A DNA stretch of 64,000 nucleotides. Source: Escherichia coli (GTDB taxonomy: Bacteria; Pseudomonadota; Gammaproteobacteria; Enterobacterales; Enterobacteriaceae). Each line of letters starts with the position of its first letter. The stretch's first letter is position 1. Both the position numbers and the translations under genes were made by a program. Location of the stretch: the NCBI RefSeq assembly GCF_050920415.1, contig NZ_CP169309.1, one strand, 5' to 3'. Under the pieces are notes generated by a model, which had not been told where the DNA came from, did no database searches, and was given only the letters and a program-made list of their open reading frames with translations. Shown one piece after another: positions 1-10,797 of the stretch.

Positions 1-2
1 CG

Positions 3-1061
3 AGTGATGATGCATCCGGCTATCTGGATTTTTTCAAAGGCGAGATAGGAAAAACCCATCTGGCTCAGGAGCTGTGGACGCAGATTGATAACGGTCAGCT
101 GGCGCCTGATCTGGCTGAAATCAGGACGTCCATTACGGATGTCAGCAATGAAATCACACAGACCGTCAATAAGAAACTGGAAGACCAGAGTGCGGCAATT
201 CAGCAGATACAGAAGGTTCAGGTTGATACAAATAATAACCTGAACAGCATGTGGGCTGTGAAGCTGCAGCAGATGCAGGACGGACGCCTTTATATCGCGG
301 GTATTGGTGCCGGTATTGAGAACACCCCTGACGGCATGCAGAGTCAGGTGCTGCTGGCGGCGGACAGGATTGCGATGGTTAATCCTGCGAATGGCAACAC
401 AAAACCGATGTTTGTTGGTCAGGGCGATCAGATATTCATGAACGACGTGTTCCTGAAGCGCCTGACGGCCCCCACCATTACCAGCGGCGGCAATCCCCCG
501 GCCTTTTCCCTGACACCGGACGGAAAGCTGACGGCTAAAAATGCGGATATCAGTGGCAGTGTGAATGCGAACTCCGGGACGCTCAACAACGTCACGATTA
601 ATGAGAACTGTCAGATTAAGGGGAAACTGTCAGCCAATCAGATTGAAGGCGATATTGTCAAAACAGTGGGTAAGGCTTTCCCGCGGGACTCCCGGGCACC
701 GGAGCGGTGGCCATCAGGGACCATTACCGTCAGGATTTATGACGATCAGCCTTTTGACAGGCAAATTGTTATTCCAGCGGTGGCATTCTGCGGCGCTAAA
801 CATGAGCGGGAGAATAACGATATTTATTCGTCATGCCGCCTGATAGTGAAGAAAAATGGTGCTGAAATTTATAACCGTACCGCGCTGGATAATACGCTGA
901 TTTACAGTGGTGTTATTGATATGCCAGCTGGTCACGGCCACATGACGCTGGAGTTTTCGGTGTCAGCATGGCTGGTAAATGACTGGTATCCCACAGCAAG
1001 TATCAGCGATTTGCTGGTTGTGGTGATGAAGAAAGCCACCGCAGGCATCAGTATCAGCTGA
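3..1061 (+). CDS. Phage host-specificity / central tail fibre protein J, C-terminal part (5' end cut by window edge)
   Basis: Frame is open from position 3 to the stop at 1061; the translation resembles the lambda gpJ C-terminal region as recalled, and lom follows as in lambda. Confidence 0.8.
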   Translation, partial: SDDASGYLDFFKGEIGKTHLAQELWTQIDNGQLAPDLAEIRTSITDVSNEITQTVNKKLEDQSAAIQQIQKVQVDTNNNLNSMWAVKLQQMQDGRLYIAGIGAGIENTPDGMQSQVLLAADRIAMVNPANGNTKPMFVGQGDQIFMNDVFLKRLTAPTITSGGNPPAFSLTPDGKLTAKNADISGSVNANSGTLNNVTINENCQIKGKLSANQIEGDIVKTVGKAFPRDSRAPERWPSGTITVRIYDDQPFDRQIVIPAVAFCGAKHERENNDIYSSCRLIVKKNGAEIYNRTALDNTLIYSGVIDMPAGHGHMTLEFSVSAWLVNDWYPTASISDLLVVVMKKATAGISIS

Positions 1062-1127
1062 ATTTTATAACCCCAATACGGGCGCCAGAAATGGCGCTTT
1101 TTTATTGCAGAAAAGCGAGAGGTAATT

Positions 1128-1727
1128 ATGCGTAAATTATGTGCTGTTATTCTGTCTGCAGTAGTCTGGCTGGTCGCCGCTGGTACGCCAGCGAGTGCAG
1201 CAGAGCATCAGTCCACACTAAGCGGCGGGTATCTTCAGTCCCATACTGATATGCCCGGAAACGATGACCTGAAGGGCATTAACGTGAAATACCGTTATGA
1301 ATTTACGGACACGCTGGGGCTGATTACGTCATTCAGTTATGCCAACGCTGAAGATGAGCAAAAAACGCATTACAGCGATACCCGCTGGCATGAAGATTCC
1401 GTGCGTAACCGCTGGTTCAGCGTGATGGCGGGGCCGTCTGTGCGCGTGAATGAATGGTTCAGCGCGTATGCGATGGCGGGTATGGCTTACAGCCGTGTTT
1501 CGACTTTCTCCGGAGATTATATCCGCGTAACTGACAACAAGGGGAAAAAGCACGATGTGCTGACCGGAAGTGATGACGGTCGCCACAGCAACACGTCTCT
1601 GGCGTGGGGGGCTGGCGTGCAGTTTAACCCGACCGAATCCGTGGCCATTGATATTGCTTATGAAGGCTCCGGCAGTGGTGACTGGCGCATTGACGGTTTC
1701 ATCGTGGGTGTCGGTTATAAATTCTGA
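1128..1727 (+). CDS. lom: Lom/Ail-family outer membrane beta-barrel protein (phage-encoded)
   Basis: 199 aa ORF with a signal peptide ([24 protein letters not shown]), aromatic C-terminus (GYKF), Shine-Dalgarno GAGAGG upstream, and position after J as in lambda. Confidence 0.85.
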   Translation: MRKLCAVILSAVVWLVAAGTPASAAEHQSTLSGGYLQSHTDMPGNDDLKGINVKYRYEFTDTLGLITSFSYANAEDEQKTHYSDTRWHEDSVRNRWFSVMAGPSVRVNEWFSAYAMAGMAYSRVSTFSGDYIRVTDNKGKKHDVLTGSDDGRHSNTSLAWGAGVQFNPTESVAIDIAYEGSGSGDWRIDGFIVGVGYKF

Positions 1728-1754
1728 TTAGCCAGGTAACACAGTGTTATGACA

Positions 1755-1781
1755 GCCCGCCGGGTTCAGGCGGGCTTTTTT
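1755..1781 (+). terminator. Rho-independent terminator after lom
   Basis: GC hairpin gcccgcc-gggttca-ggcgggc followed by a T-run. Confidence 0.6.
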
Positions 1782-1792
1782 GTGGGGTGAAT

Positions 1793-3883
1793 ATGGCAGT
1801 AAAGATTTCAGGTGTCCTGAAGGACGGAGCGGGTGAGCCTGTCGTAAACTGTGCGATTGAATTGCGTGCCAGAAGAACCAGTCCGACAGTTGTGGTTAAT
1901 ATTGTGGCAACCTGTCTTACGGGAAGTGATGGTGGGTATACTATTAATGCTGAGCCGGGATTTTATGATGTATTTTTGTCCCGCTCAGGGCATCCTCCTG
2001 TAAAGGCGGGGGAAATTTATGTTGCACCGACAGATGAGCCGGATACGCTGAATGCTTTTCTGGATGCACCAAAGGAGGGTGATTTACGCCCTGAGGTAAT
2101 GAAGCGTTTTGAGGAAATGATAAATACCGTTTTTCGCTTGTCTGAGCAGGTGGTCAGTGACAGGGAGAGAGCAGAAACAGCTGCTGATGATGCAATCAAT
2201 GCAGCAACATCTGCGGCGGTTAGTAAGGATGAGGCAGAAGAGCTAAAAAATCAGACACAGCAGAGCGCCGAAGCTGCAGCCGGAAACGCACAGCAGACGG
2301 CACAGGATGTGACGACAACCGCAACGGCCCGTGATGATGCGGAACGTTTTGCGGGTGAGGCAGAAAACAGCGCACAGTCATCAGGCACATCGCGGGATGA
2401 ATCAGTCGATGCCGCCGAACGTGCCCGCCTTTATCATAATGCCGCATCATCAGCTGCAACCAGCGCGGAAAATGCAGCAAATGCTGCACTCGGGCATGAA
2501 AATAACGCTGCCGAATACGCCCGACAGGCTAAAGACAGCCAGGATGCAGGTGCAGACAATGCGCAGGAAGCGAAACAGTACAGGGATGAGGCGCAGCAGA
2601 TAGTTGATGACCTGAATGCAACAAATGCCAGCACGACAGAAAAAGGTCTGGTGCAACTGTGTAGTGATACGGACAACGACAGCGATGAACTGGCTGCCAC
2701 GCCAAAGGCTGTCAAAGCCGTCATGGACGAAACGAAAACAAAAGCGCCACTGGACAGCCCGGCCTTCACCGGCACCCCAACCACCCCAACCCCACCGGAT
2801 GATGCCGCCGGTCTGGAAGCAGCGAACGCAGCGTTTGTGCGCAAACTGCTTGCTGCGCTGGTTGGCTCATCGCCGGAAGTTCTGGACACCCTGAACGAGC
2901 TGGCAGCGGCGCTGGGCAATGACCCGAACTTTGCGACGACAATCACAAACGCGCTGGCAGGCAAACAACCGCTTAATGACGTCTTAACGGCAATCAGCGC
3001 ACTGACGCAACGGGCAGATAATCTTCTGTACTTCAATACGGACGGGAATGCCTCACTGTCTCCGCTGTCAGAGAAGGCCCGCGCATTACTGGCGCATGAC
3101 ACGGCTGAAGCCATGCGCACGGAGCTTGAGCTGAACGCGGCTGCGACGATGGAACCCCAGAGTGATATCCGTGACCGCACACCGGGCAGGCTGGCCCTGT
3201 CCGGGATGTATGGGTTTGGACAGGCATTCACCAGCGCCGAAGCTCTGTCATTTAACGGACAGGCTGATTTCGTTATATGGCTGCAGACAGTCACCCCGGG
3301 GCGTTATGCGGTCAGTATTGCGGACTCCTCCACGCTGCTGAAGGGGACCACGAAATTTAACGGTATCATTGATGTGATGTGGTCACCGTCTGATAACGAC
3401 GAATCAGACACGGCGCGTAAATTCAAAACGCTGCTGTACTACAACCAGTATTACGAGGATGAGCACAGCATACATTGTATGCGTTATCGCTACAGTGGTA
3501 ACAGCTGGAATGCAACATCAAGCCTTATTGTGTATGACGGCAACTCCCTGGCATATCTGATGTCCTCAACCGCCGGTAATGGTCCGTTCTCATATTACAA
3601 ATACCCGGCCGTCGGTGTGCCGATAATGGCGGTATATCAGGGAGAAAGTTTTGGTGAAAATGCTTCTCTGGGACTCGGTGATACTGTGCCGGGTTCCCGT
3701 CTTGGTCCTCTGGCCATGAGTGCACAGGTTAGTGATACAGGGACATACGCATCCTCACCGCAGGTTGTGATTGGCGGTGCCGGTGAATACAACTTCCCCG
3801 GTCGTTACACGGCGCTTTCGGGCCTGGGTAACAATTATGGTACTCAGCGTGGCTTTATCGGTCTTTTTGTACGCATTGAGTAA
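1793..3883 (+). CDS. stf: Side tail fibre protein Stf (intact, about 696 aa)
   Basis: N-terminus MAVKISGVLKDG matches the lambda Stf start as recalled; Ala/Glu-rich repetitive middle region; divergent C-terminal receptor-binding part. Confidence 0.8.
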   Translation: MAVKISGVLKDGAGEPVVNCAIELRARRTSPTVVVNIVATCLTGSDGGYTINAEPGFYDVFLSRSGHPPVKAGEIYVAPTDEPDTLNAFLDAPKEGDLRPEVMKRFEEMINTVFRLSEQVVSDRERAETAADDAINAATSAAVSKDEAEELKNQTQQSAEAAAGNAQQTAQDVTTTATARDDAERFAGEAENSAQSSGTSRDESVDAAERARLYHNAASSAATSAENAANAALGHENNAAEYARQAKDSQDAGADNAQEAKQYRDEAQQIVDDLNATNASTTEKGLVQLCSDTDNDSDELAATPKAVKAVMDETKTKAPLDSPAFTGTPTTPTPPDDAAGLEAANAAFVRKLLAALVGSSPEVLDTLNELAAALGNDPNFATTITNALAGKQPLNDVLTAISALTQRADNLLYFNTDGNASLSPLSEKARALLAHDTAEAMRTELELNAAATMEPQSDIRDRTPGRLALSGMYGFGQAFTSAEALSFNGQADFVIWLQTVTPGRYAVSIADSSTLLKGTTKFNGIIDVMWSPSDNDESDTARKFKTLLYYNQYYEDEHSIHCMRYRYSGNSWNATSSLIVYDGNSLAYLMSSTAGNGPFSYYKYPAVGVPIMAVYQGESFGENASLGLGDTVPGSRLGPLAMSAQVSDTGTYASSPQVVIGGAGEYNFPGRYTALSGLGNNYGTQRGFIGLFVRIE

Positions 3884-3897
3884 TGAGGAAATCAGGC

Positions 3898-4470
3898 ATG
3901 AAAATCAGAGCGGTGAAAGGCATCAGAAACGCACATTATCTTGAAAATGGTGCGGTTGACTGCGAGGTGTTATTTGAAGGTGAAACGGAGTTCGCCCTGT
4001 ATACTGCCATACAGGATGATATGGCCCCGACAGGCCAGCATGTCTGGCAGGAGCTGCAAAGCGGGAAATGGGGCGAAATCGCCCCGTTCACCGTCACGCC
4101 GGAACTTATTGCAGCGGCAAAGGATGCCAAAAGGCGGGAAATTGAGGCATGGCGCGACAGTCAGGAAAACGTTGAGTTTATTTTCACGTTTGATGGCCGT
4201 CGTTTTGATGGCGGAAAAACCTCGCAGTCACGCCTTGCGCCCGTGGTTGCAACAGCGCAGGCCGGACTGCTTCCGGAGGGTTTTTTCTGGACTGATGCGG
4301 ATAATAACAACGTCGTACTGACCAGGGAGAAACTTATTGCGCTGAACGATGCCATGATGGTGGCCATGGTGGCGGAGGGCTTTAAAATCCACGAACGCCA
4401 GCGCGAGATGAAGGAACAACTGAATAATCTGAATGACTTGGCTTCAATTCGAGCGCTTGACGTTACGTAA
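3898..4470 (+). CDS. Putative tail fibre assembly/chaperone protein (Tfa-like by position; sequence diverged from lambda Tfa)
   Basis: About 190 aa ORF immediately after stf, with a TAATGA stop/start overlap at 3881-3885 and a GAGGA ribosome-binding site before the ATG at 3898; assignment is by position and size only. Confidence 0.45.
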   Translation: MKIRAVKGIRNAHYLENGAVDCEVLFEGETEFALYTAIQDDMAPTGQHVWQELQSGKWGEIAPFTVTPELIAAAKDAKRREIEAWRDSQENVEFIFTFDGRRFDGGKTSQSRLAPVVATAQAGLLPEGFFWTDADNNNVVLTREKLIALNDAMMVAMVAEGFKIHERQREMKEQLNNLNDLASIRALDVT

Positions 4471-4489
4471 TAAAAATCACTGATATGCC

Positions 4490-4620
4490 AGCCCCTTGTA
4501 AAGATATTGATCAGGGTTGTTTTGATGTGAATTAGATTTACATGGGGTGCTTTGGGGCATGTATGGGACAGAAATGTCTGTTTTGGGACATTTTGGGGCA
4601 TGGTTGGGACACTATAACAC
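4490..4620. repeat. Cluster of short direct repeats (tggggcatg x2, tgggaca x3) near the prophage end; possible integrase arm-type sites
   Basis: Repeated motifs visible at 4541-4612 between tfa and the yecE junction. Confidence 0.3.
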
Positions 4621-4713
4621 ATACGAACTTAACCGAATTTCGTATGGTGTTAATTTTTAACGTGTTGAATACACTAGAGAAAGCGAATGCTCTTGGGCGT
4701 TCTTTAGTGATTT

Positions 4714-4824
4714 TTAAAATAGTCCTGTCATGCAGTTAAAGTGGCGGGCATACTCTTCAAGGCTGGTGATCCCCAACCGCACCCATTTAGGATGCGACCA
4801 TTGTGGCAGACCGATGTAAATCAT
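4714..4824 (-). pseudogene. yecE: yecE 5' fragment (DUF72 protein) truncated by prophage integration
   Basis: Minus-strand ATG at 4824 overlaps the yecD stop (ATGA); translation [31 protein letters not shown] then runs into unrelated sequence and stops at 4714. Confidence 0.55.
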
Positions 4825-5387
4825 AATGCGTTGAGGATCTCTTCCACACTGCGCACACGGGCGATGCGTGGGTAGATATGGTTGATGCTGTTATTATGCT
4901 GCTCAGCGCTGGCGGCGCTGCAGGCGTCTTCGGCAATCACCAGATTAAAACCAAGTTCCCAGGCATTGCGGGCGGTGGATTCAACACCGATATTGGTCGA
5001 GATCCCACATAATACTATTGTATCGATACCCCGGCGGCGTAATTGCAACTCCAGATCCGTACCGTAAAACGCACCCCATTGACGTTTGATGATTTCAATA
5101 TCGCTGTCTGTTGCACCCAATGCAGCAGGATGTTGCCACCAATTTTCGGGCAACACTTTAGCGGGGGAGGGGGCATCAACCGGCTGTTTTAATGCTTCGG
5201 CGTAATCGGTAGACCAACCAACGCGCACCAGAAACACGGGCTGACCGTTCGCGCGAAATTTCGCCGCCAGCTTCCCTGCTCGATTAACCACCTCATCGGC
5301 AGTATGAGGACCACCGGCAAAAGGTAAGATGCCTTCTTGTAAGTCAATTACCACCAGCGCAGTGGTATTAGCATTCAGTTCAAGCAT
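4821..5387 (-). CDS. yecD: Isochorismatase-family hydrolase YecD
   Basis: 188 aa ORF recognised as E. coli YecD; position next to aspS. Confidence 0.9.
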   Translation of the reverse strand: MLELNANTTALVVIDLQEGILPFAGGPHTADEVVNRAGKLAAKFRANGQPVFLVRVGWSTDYAEALKQPVDAPSPAKVLPENWWQHPAALGATDSDIEIIKRQWGAFYGTDLELQLRRRGIDTIVLCGISTNIGVESTARNAWELGFNLVIAEDACSAASAEQHNNSINHIYPRIARVRSVEEILNAL

Positions 5388-5696
5388 ATTGTCTCCTGAT
5401 AAAACAAAATCGTGCCTCTCACCTTAATGCGATTAGCCGATGGCGGAACGACAATTTTTGTTAATTTTTATGAGTTCGGGCAACACCTTTATAGCAAACT
5501 GGCGTAGAGTCTGATTTCAGGCCCGATATAAAGTGGTAACGAGGCGTTCCAGCGCGGGCCAGGCTCTTACGGTGCGGCAGAATTTCCAGTATAATAGCCG
5601 CCTTTTTTCATTCAGTTGTGACATACAGCTAACGCTGCGACTTGGTCACCTGCGCAGCAGGGGGCATCCGCCGGCAGCTAAGTTAAGGGATATCTC

Positions 5697-7469
5697 ATGC
5701 GTACAGAATATTGTGGACAGCTCCGTTTGTCCCACGTGGGGCAGCAGGTGACTCTGTGTGGTTGGGTCAACCGTCGTCGTGATCTTGGTAGCCTGATCTT
5801 CATCGATATGCGCGACCGCGAAGGTATCGTGCAGGTATTTTTCGATCCGGATCGTGCGGACGCGTTAAAGCTGGCCTCTGAACTGCGTAATGAGTTCTGC
5901 ATTCAGGTCACGGGCACCGTACGTGCGCGTGACGAAAAAAATATCAACCGCGATATGGCGACCGGCGAAATCGAAGTGCTGGCCTCCTCGCTGACCATCA
6001 TCAACCGCGCAGACGTTCTGCCGCTTGACTCTAACCACGTCAACACCGAAGAAGCGCGTCTGAAATACCGCTACCTCGACCTGCGTCGCCCGGAAATGGC
6101 TCAGCGCCTGAAAACCCGCGCTAAAATCACCAGCCTGGTGCGCCGTTTTATGGATGACCACGGCTTCCTTGACATCGAAACTCCGATGCTGACCAAAGCC
6201 ACGCCGGAAGGCGCACGTGACTACCTGGTGCCTTCTCGTGTGCACAAAGGGAAATTCTACGCACTGCCGCAGTCTCCGCAGCTGTTCAAACAGCTGCTGA
6301 TGATGTCCGGTTTTGACCGCTACTATCAGATTGTAAAATGCTTCCGTGACGAAGACCTGCGTGCTGATCGTCAGCCTGAATTCACCCAGATCGATGTGGA
6401 AACCTCTTTCATGACCGCGCCGCAAGTGCGTGAAGTGATGGAAGCGCTGGTACGCCATTTGTGGCTGGAAGTGAAGGGCGTGGATCTCGGTGATTTCCCT
6501 GTAATGACCTTTGCGGAAGCAGAACGCCGTTATGGTTCTGATAAACCGGATCTGCGTAACCCGATGGAACTGACTGACGTTGCCGATCTGCTGAAATCCG
6601 TTGAGTTCGCGGTATTCGCAGGTCCGGCGAACGATCCGAAAGGCCGCGTTGCTGCTCTGCGTGTTCCGGGTGGCGCATCGCTGACCCGTAAGCAGATCGA
6701 CGAATACGGTAACTTCGTTAAAATCTACGGCGCGAAAGGTCTGGCGTACATCAAAGTTAACGAACGTGCGAAAGGTCTGGAAGGTATCAACAGCCCGGTA
6801 GCGAAGTTCCTCAACGCTGAAATCATCGAAGCCATCCTGGATCGTACTGCCGCGCAAGATGGCGATATGATTTTCTTCGGTGCTGATAACAAGAAAATTG
6901 TTGCCGACGCGATGGGCGCATTGCGTCTGAAAGTGGGTAAAGACCTTGGTCTGACCGACGAAAGCAAATGGGCACCGCTATGGGTTATCGACTTCCCGAT
7001 GTTTGAAGACGACGGTGAAGGCGGCCTGACGGCAATGCACCATCCGTTCACCTCACCGAAAGATATGACGGCGGCAGAGTTGAAAGCTGCACCGGAAAAT
7101 GCGGTGGCGAACGCTTACGATATGGTCATCAATGGTTACGAAGTGGGCGGTGGTTCTGTGCGTATCCATAATGGGGATATGCAGCAGACGGTGTTTGGTA
7201 TTCTGGGGATCAACGAAGAGGAACAGCGCGAGAAATTCGGCTTCCTGCTCGACGCCCTGAAATACGGTACTCCGCCGCACGCAGGTCTGGCATTCGGTCT
7301 TGACCGTCTGACCATGCTGCTGACCGGTACCGACAACATCCGTGACGTTATCGCCTTCCCGAAAACCACGGCGGCAGCGTGTCTGATGACCGAAGCGCCA
7401 AGCTTTGCTAACCCGACTGCTCTGTCCGAGCTGAGCATTCAGGTTGTGAAGAAGGCAGAGAATAATTGA
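5697..7469 (+). CDS. aspS: Aspartyl-tRNA synthetase
   Basis: 590 aa ORF with class II aaRS motifs, recognised as AspRS. Confidence 0.97.
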   Translation: MRTEYCGQLRLSHVGQQVTLCGWVNRRRDLGSLIFIDMRDREGIVQVFFDPDRADALKLASELRNEFCIQVTGTVRARDEKNINRDMATGEIEVLASSLTIINRADVLPLDSNHVNTEEARLKYRYLDLRRPEMAQRLKTRAKITSLVRRFMDDHGFLDIETPMLTKATPEGARDYLVPSRVHKGKFYALPQSPQLFKQLLMMSGFDRYYQIVKCFRDEDLRADRQPEFTQIDVETSFMTAPQVREVMEALVRHLWLEVKGVDLGDFPVMTFAEAERRYGSDKPDLRNPMELTDVADLLKSVEFAVFAGPANDPKGRVAALRVPGGASLTRKQIDEYGNFVKIYGAKGLAYIKVNERAKGLEGINSPVAKFLNAEIIEAILDRTAAQDGDMIFFGADNKKIVADAMGALRLKVGKDLGLTDESKWAPLWVIDFPMFEDDGEGGLTAMHHPFTSPKDMTAAELKAAPENAVANAYDMVINGYEVGGGSVRIHNGDMQQTVFGILGINEEEQREKFGFLLDALKYGTPPHAGLAFGLDRLTMLLTGTDNIRDVIAFPKTTAAACLMTEAPSFANPTALSELSIQVVKKAENN

Positions 7470-7470
7470 T

Positions 7471-7914
7471 ATGACTTATAAGCGTCCCGTTTCTATTCTG
7501 GTGGTTATTTATGCGCAAGATACGAAACGGGTGCTGATGTTACAGCGGCGTGATGATCCCGATTTCTGGCAGTCAGTAACCGGCAGTGTGGAAGAGGGGG
7601 AAACCGCGCCGCAAGCCGCCATGCGCGAAGTAAAGGAAGAGGTCACCATTGATGTTGTCGCTGAACAACTGACCTTAATTGACTGTCAGCGCACGGTGGA
7701 GTTTGAAATTTTTTCACATTTACGTCATCGCTATGCGCCGGGCGTAACGCGTAATACGGAATCTTGGTTCTGTCTTGCACTCCCGCACGAGCGCCAGATC
7801 GTTTTCACTGAACATCTGGCCTACAAGTGGCTTGATGCGCATGCTGCGGCGGCGCTCACAAAGTCATGGAGCAACCGGCAGGCGATTGAACAGTTTGTAA
7901 TTAACGCTGCCTGA
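7471..7914 (+). CDS. nudB: Dihydroneopterin triphosphate pyrophosphatase (Nudix)
   Basis: Nudix box [21 protein letters not shown]; position after aspS; exact start codon uncertain. Confidence 0.9.
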
Positions 7915-7942
7915 ACAGGCAGGGCTATCTGGAGATATTTTT

Positions 7943-8683
7943 ATGGCAGGTCATAGTAAATGGGCCAACACCAGACATCGTAAAGCTGCGCAGGATGCTA
8001 AGCGCGGTAAAATCTTCACTAAAATCATTCGTGAGCTGGTAACCGCGGCTAAGTTGGGCGGTGGCGATCCGGATGCTAACCCGCGTCTGCGAGCAGCTAT
8101 TGATAAAGCACTGTCTAACAACATGACCCGAGACACCCTGAACCGCGCAATTGCCCGTGGTGTGGGTGGTGATGATGATGCAAACATGGAAACCATCATC
8201 TACGAAGGTTACGGTCCTGGCGGCACGGCAATCATGATTGAATGTCTGTCTGATAACCGCAACCGTACCGTTGCTGAAGTGCGTCACGCATTCAGCAAAT
8301 GTGGCGGTAACCTCGGTACTGATGGTTCCGTAGCCTATCTGTTCAGCAAAAAAGGCGTGATCTCCTTTGAGAAAGGCGATGAAGACACCATCATGGAAGC
8401 AGCTCTGGAAGCTGGTGCTGAAGATGTTGTGACCTATGATGATGGCGCGATTGACGTCTACACTGCATGGGAGGAAATGGGCAAAGTACGCGACGCTCTG
8501 GAAGCTGCAGGTCTGAAAGCAGACAGCGCGGAAGTTTCCATGATCCCGTCCACCAAAGCTGATATGGATGCAGAAACCGCACCGAAACTGATGCGTCTGA
8601 TCGATATGCTGGAAGATTGCGACGACGTGCAGGAAGTCTACCATAACGGTGAAATCTCTGATGAGGTTGCAGCGACTCTCTGA
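7943..8683 (+). CDS. yebC: YebC/PmpR-family transcriptional regulator
   Basis: 246 aa [26 protein letters not shown], recognised as YebC. Confidence 0.95.
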
Positions 8684-8717
8684 TGAGGCCTGCTAAACAG
8701 CAAAACGGAGACGCGTG

Positions 8718-9239
8718 ATGGCTATTATTCTCGGCATTGACCCGGGTTCGCGCGTGACCGGCTATGGCGTCATCCGCCAGGTGGGCAGGCAGCTGTCCTA
8801 CCTGGGTAGCGGATGTATACGCACCAAAGTAGATGATTTACCGTCTCGTCTTAAGCTCATCTATGCGGGCGTGACGGAAATCATCACCCAGTTCCAGCCT
8901 GATTATTTCGCCATTGAACAAGTCTTTATGGCTAAAAATGCCGACTCGGCCCTGAAGCTGGGGCAGGCGCGTGGCGTCGCGATTGTGGCGGCGGTGAATC
9001 AGGAATTACCGGTATTTGAATACGCGGCACGTCAGGTAAAGCAAACGGTGGTAGGTATTGGTAGTGCCGAAAAAAGCCAGGTGCAGCATATGGTTCGCAC
9101 CTTGCTGAAACTCCCCGCTAATCCGCAGGCGGATGCCGCTGATGCGCTGGCAATTGCCATCACCCACTGCCACGTTAGTCAGAATGCGATGCAGATGAGC
9201 GAATCGCGGCTGAACCTGGCGAGAGGGCGACTGCGTTAA
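8718..9239 (+). CDS. ruvC: Holliday junction resolvase RuvC
   Basis: N-terminus [18 protein letters not shown]; start taken at the ATG at 8718. Confidence 0.95.
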
Positions 9240-9240
9240 G

Positions 9241-9843
9241 TTATACCGCCTCGGTCAATTCAGGCTGAGGCGTTTCTACTCCCTCCGCATGAATCAACAC
9301 CAAACCCGGATGATGCCACAAACTGGCTGGTGTTACGGTTTTACGCTCCCACGGAATCGAACCTAAAAACCAGAATTTCCAGAAAGTGAGTTTTGCGTTC
9401 GGATTGCTATTTAGCAGTTCTCCAAACGTCTCTATTTCACCCACCGGAATACATAACGCCTCTTTATAAATATCAAAAACGAATTTTGAGCAGAACTGGC
9501 GGGAAGATTCGTATTTAAAGCCGGTGTGGTAGAGCTTATGCAACCGTCCGGGGACCTTTTCGACCAGAGCAAGTTTTTGCTCTGCGGTTAAACCTCCTGC
9601 GAGGCGGCGAACACCGTAGCGTTGATCGGTCGACCGTTCAATAAATCGTGACAAAGTTGTGATTGTGGAGAGCGGAACTCGACTCTCCGCAACCAGGTAA
9701 TCATCACCGTCATGTCCGATGATTATCCCCACATGGTTGCTCCAGCATTTCGAGGCTGCAGAGATTTGCCCAAACAGGCGAGCACCGATGCAGGTAAAAA
9801 CAATATCACCGGTTTCATATTTAACTGGGTAATTTATTTTCAC
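9241..9843 (-). CDS. yebB: YebB (DUF830, permuted papain-like fold family)
   Basis: 200 aa ORF recognised as YebB; convergent with ruvC. Confidence 0.88.
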   Translation of the reverse strand: MKINYPVKYETGDIVFTCIGARLFGQISAASKCWSNHVGIIIGHDGDDYLVAESRVPLSTITTLSRFIERSTDQRYGVRRLAGGLTAEQKLALVEKVPGRLHKLYHTGFKYESSRQFCSKFVFDIYKEALCIPVGEIETFGELLNSNPNAKLTFWKFWFLGSIPWERKTVTPASLWHHPGLVLIHAEGVETPQPELTEAV

Positions 9844-9936
9844 TATATCAATCCATTATTTATATATAAAACAGCATCTATCTTTCGTGATGGTAAAGCA
9901 TTAGCATTGTATTGTAATCATGACAAGGAATGTTTT

Positions 9937-10575
9937 ATGCGGTTATTTATTAATGTGATAATTATAGTTTCGATCAGTCAATGCGTGAATGTATTTGCTC
10001 AAGATAATGTCATTCGCTATCCCTGGCGATATGGACGTATTTCTTTAAATGAGAATAATGAGTTTGTGCCTCAAATTATTCATATGCGTGATGATATCTA
10101 CGGCGTGGGTGAAGCTGGTGCAAGCCTTAACGATGCGAGAATGGCGCAAAGTGGTGTCACCGTGAGGCTTAGCGTTATACAGCAGGGGCAGGTGGTGAAT
10201 GCTTTACTGGATTTCTACAATAGCAATAATCAACCTGCTTATATATTTGAAGGTGGTTTGATGCCTTGCAATAAAGCCTTTGACATCACAACAAGCAACA
10301 TTGTCCTTGATGGGATGTGTGGAATTTATGATGGGGTCGATGGCTGGCAAGTTATTCCTGCGGGTGAGCATTATAAAGAATCGTTTTCACTCACTCAGGC
10401 TTTTGAATTCTTGCCGGGAAAACATCATTATAAAATTAATGCCGGAAGTTTTATCATCAGAGTCGGGGATGATATTTTTGCAAGAGAAGATGCCGAAAGC
10501 ATTCTTTTTGATTTGATTAACTGGCGATATGGCTATGTGCAAAAAGTTATGAAAGGGTGTCGAAGGGGGATTTGA
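9937..10575 (+). CDS. Hypothetical secreted protein (212 aa, low-GC islet)
   Basis: ATG at 9937 with AAGGAA ribosome-binding site 7 nt upstream; predicted signal peptide MRLFINVIIIVSISQCVNVFA; low-GC coding sequence (about 40% by eye); no family recognised. Confidence 0.6.
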   Translation: MRLFINVIIIVSISQCVNVFAQDNVIRYPWRYGRISLNENNEFVPQIIHMRDDIYGVGEAGASLNDARMAQSGVTVRLSVIQQGQVVNALLDFYNSNNQPAYIFEGGLMPCNKAFDITTSNIVLDGMCGIYDGVDGWQVIPAGEHYKESFSLTQAFEFLPGKHHYKINAGSFIIRVGDDIFAREDAESILFDLINWRYGYVQKVMKGCRRGI

Positions 10576-10760
10576 TGGCAGGATATTATGCTCTGTATGA
10601 ATACTCAGGCGCTGACATAATTGATGAGTATGATATTTACTCAAACCAGGTCTCGATTGATCTTAATGGTGACGAGTTAGCGCATACGGAGTCATATCAG
10701 TGGCGTATTGATAGTGGAATGATCCCGCAAAAATTCAGCGTTCAGGGACTCGCTGAATGA
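10575..10760 (+). CDS. Hypothetical small acidic protein (61 aa), translationally coupled to the upstream gene
   Basis: TGATG stop/start overlap at 10573-10577 and a purine-rich ribosome-binding site (AAGGGGGA); Asp/Glu-rich composition. Confidence 0.45.
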   Translation: MAGYYALYEYSGADIIDEYDIYSNQVSIDLNGDELAHTESYQWRIDSGMIPQKFSVQGLAE

Positions 10761-10797
10761 TTAGTCCTCTACCTGCTTGCCAGATACAGAGGCGCGG

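Larger units (their letters stand above)
1..4730. mobile_element. Right end of a lambdoid prophage (tail-fibre module J-lom-stf-tfa), up to the junction inside yecE
   Basis: Contiguous phage tail genes in lambda order, ending about 350 bp before the truncated yecE; the left boundary lies outside the window. Confidence 0.7.

Noticed and set aside
2434-3294. 286 aa minus-strand ORF inside stf
   Set aside because: Ala/Ser-rich mirror of the repetitive Ala-rich stf coding sequence; no start context; stf itself is well supported.
5865-6857. 330 aa minus-strand ORF antisense to aspS
   Set aside because: It lies entirely inside the well-supported aspS coding region; its composition (Arg/Val/Phe-rich, no ribosome-binding site) is typical of a shadow ORF on the opposite strand of a GC-rich gene.
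10160-10300. GGLMP motif in the islet secreted protein, reminiscent of the cholera/heat-labile enterotoxin A1 segment SGGLMPRG
   Set aside because: Only a 5-residue match; the ADP-ribosyltransferase catalytic motifs (R-S-T-S-E pattern) are not evident, so no toxin call is justified.
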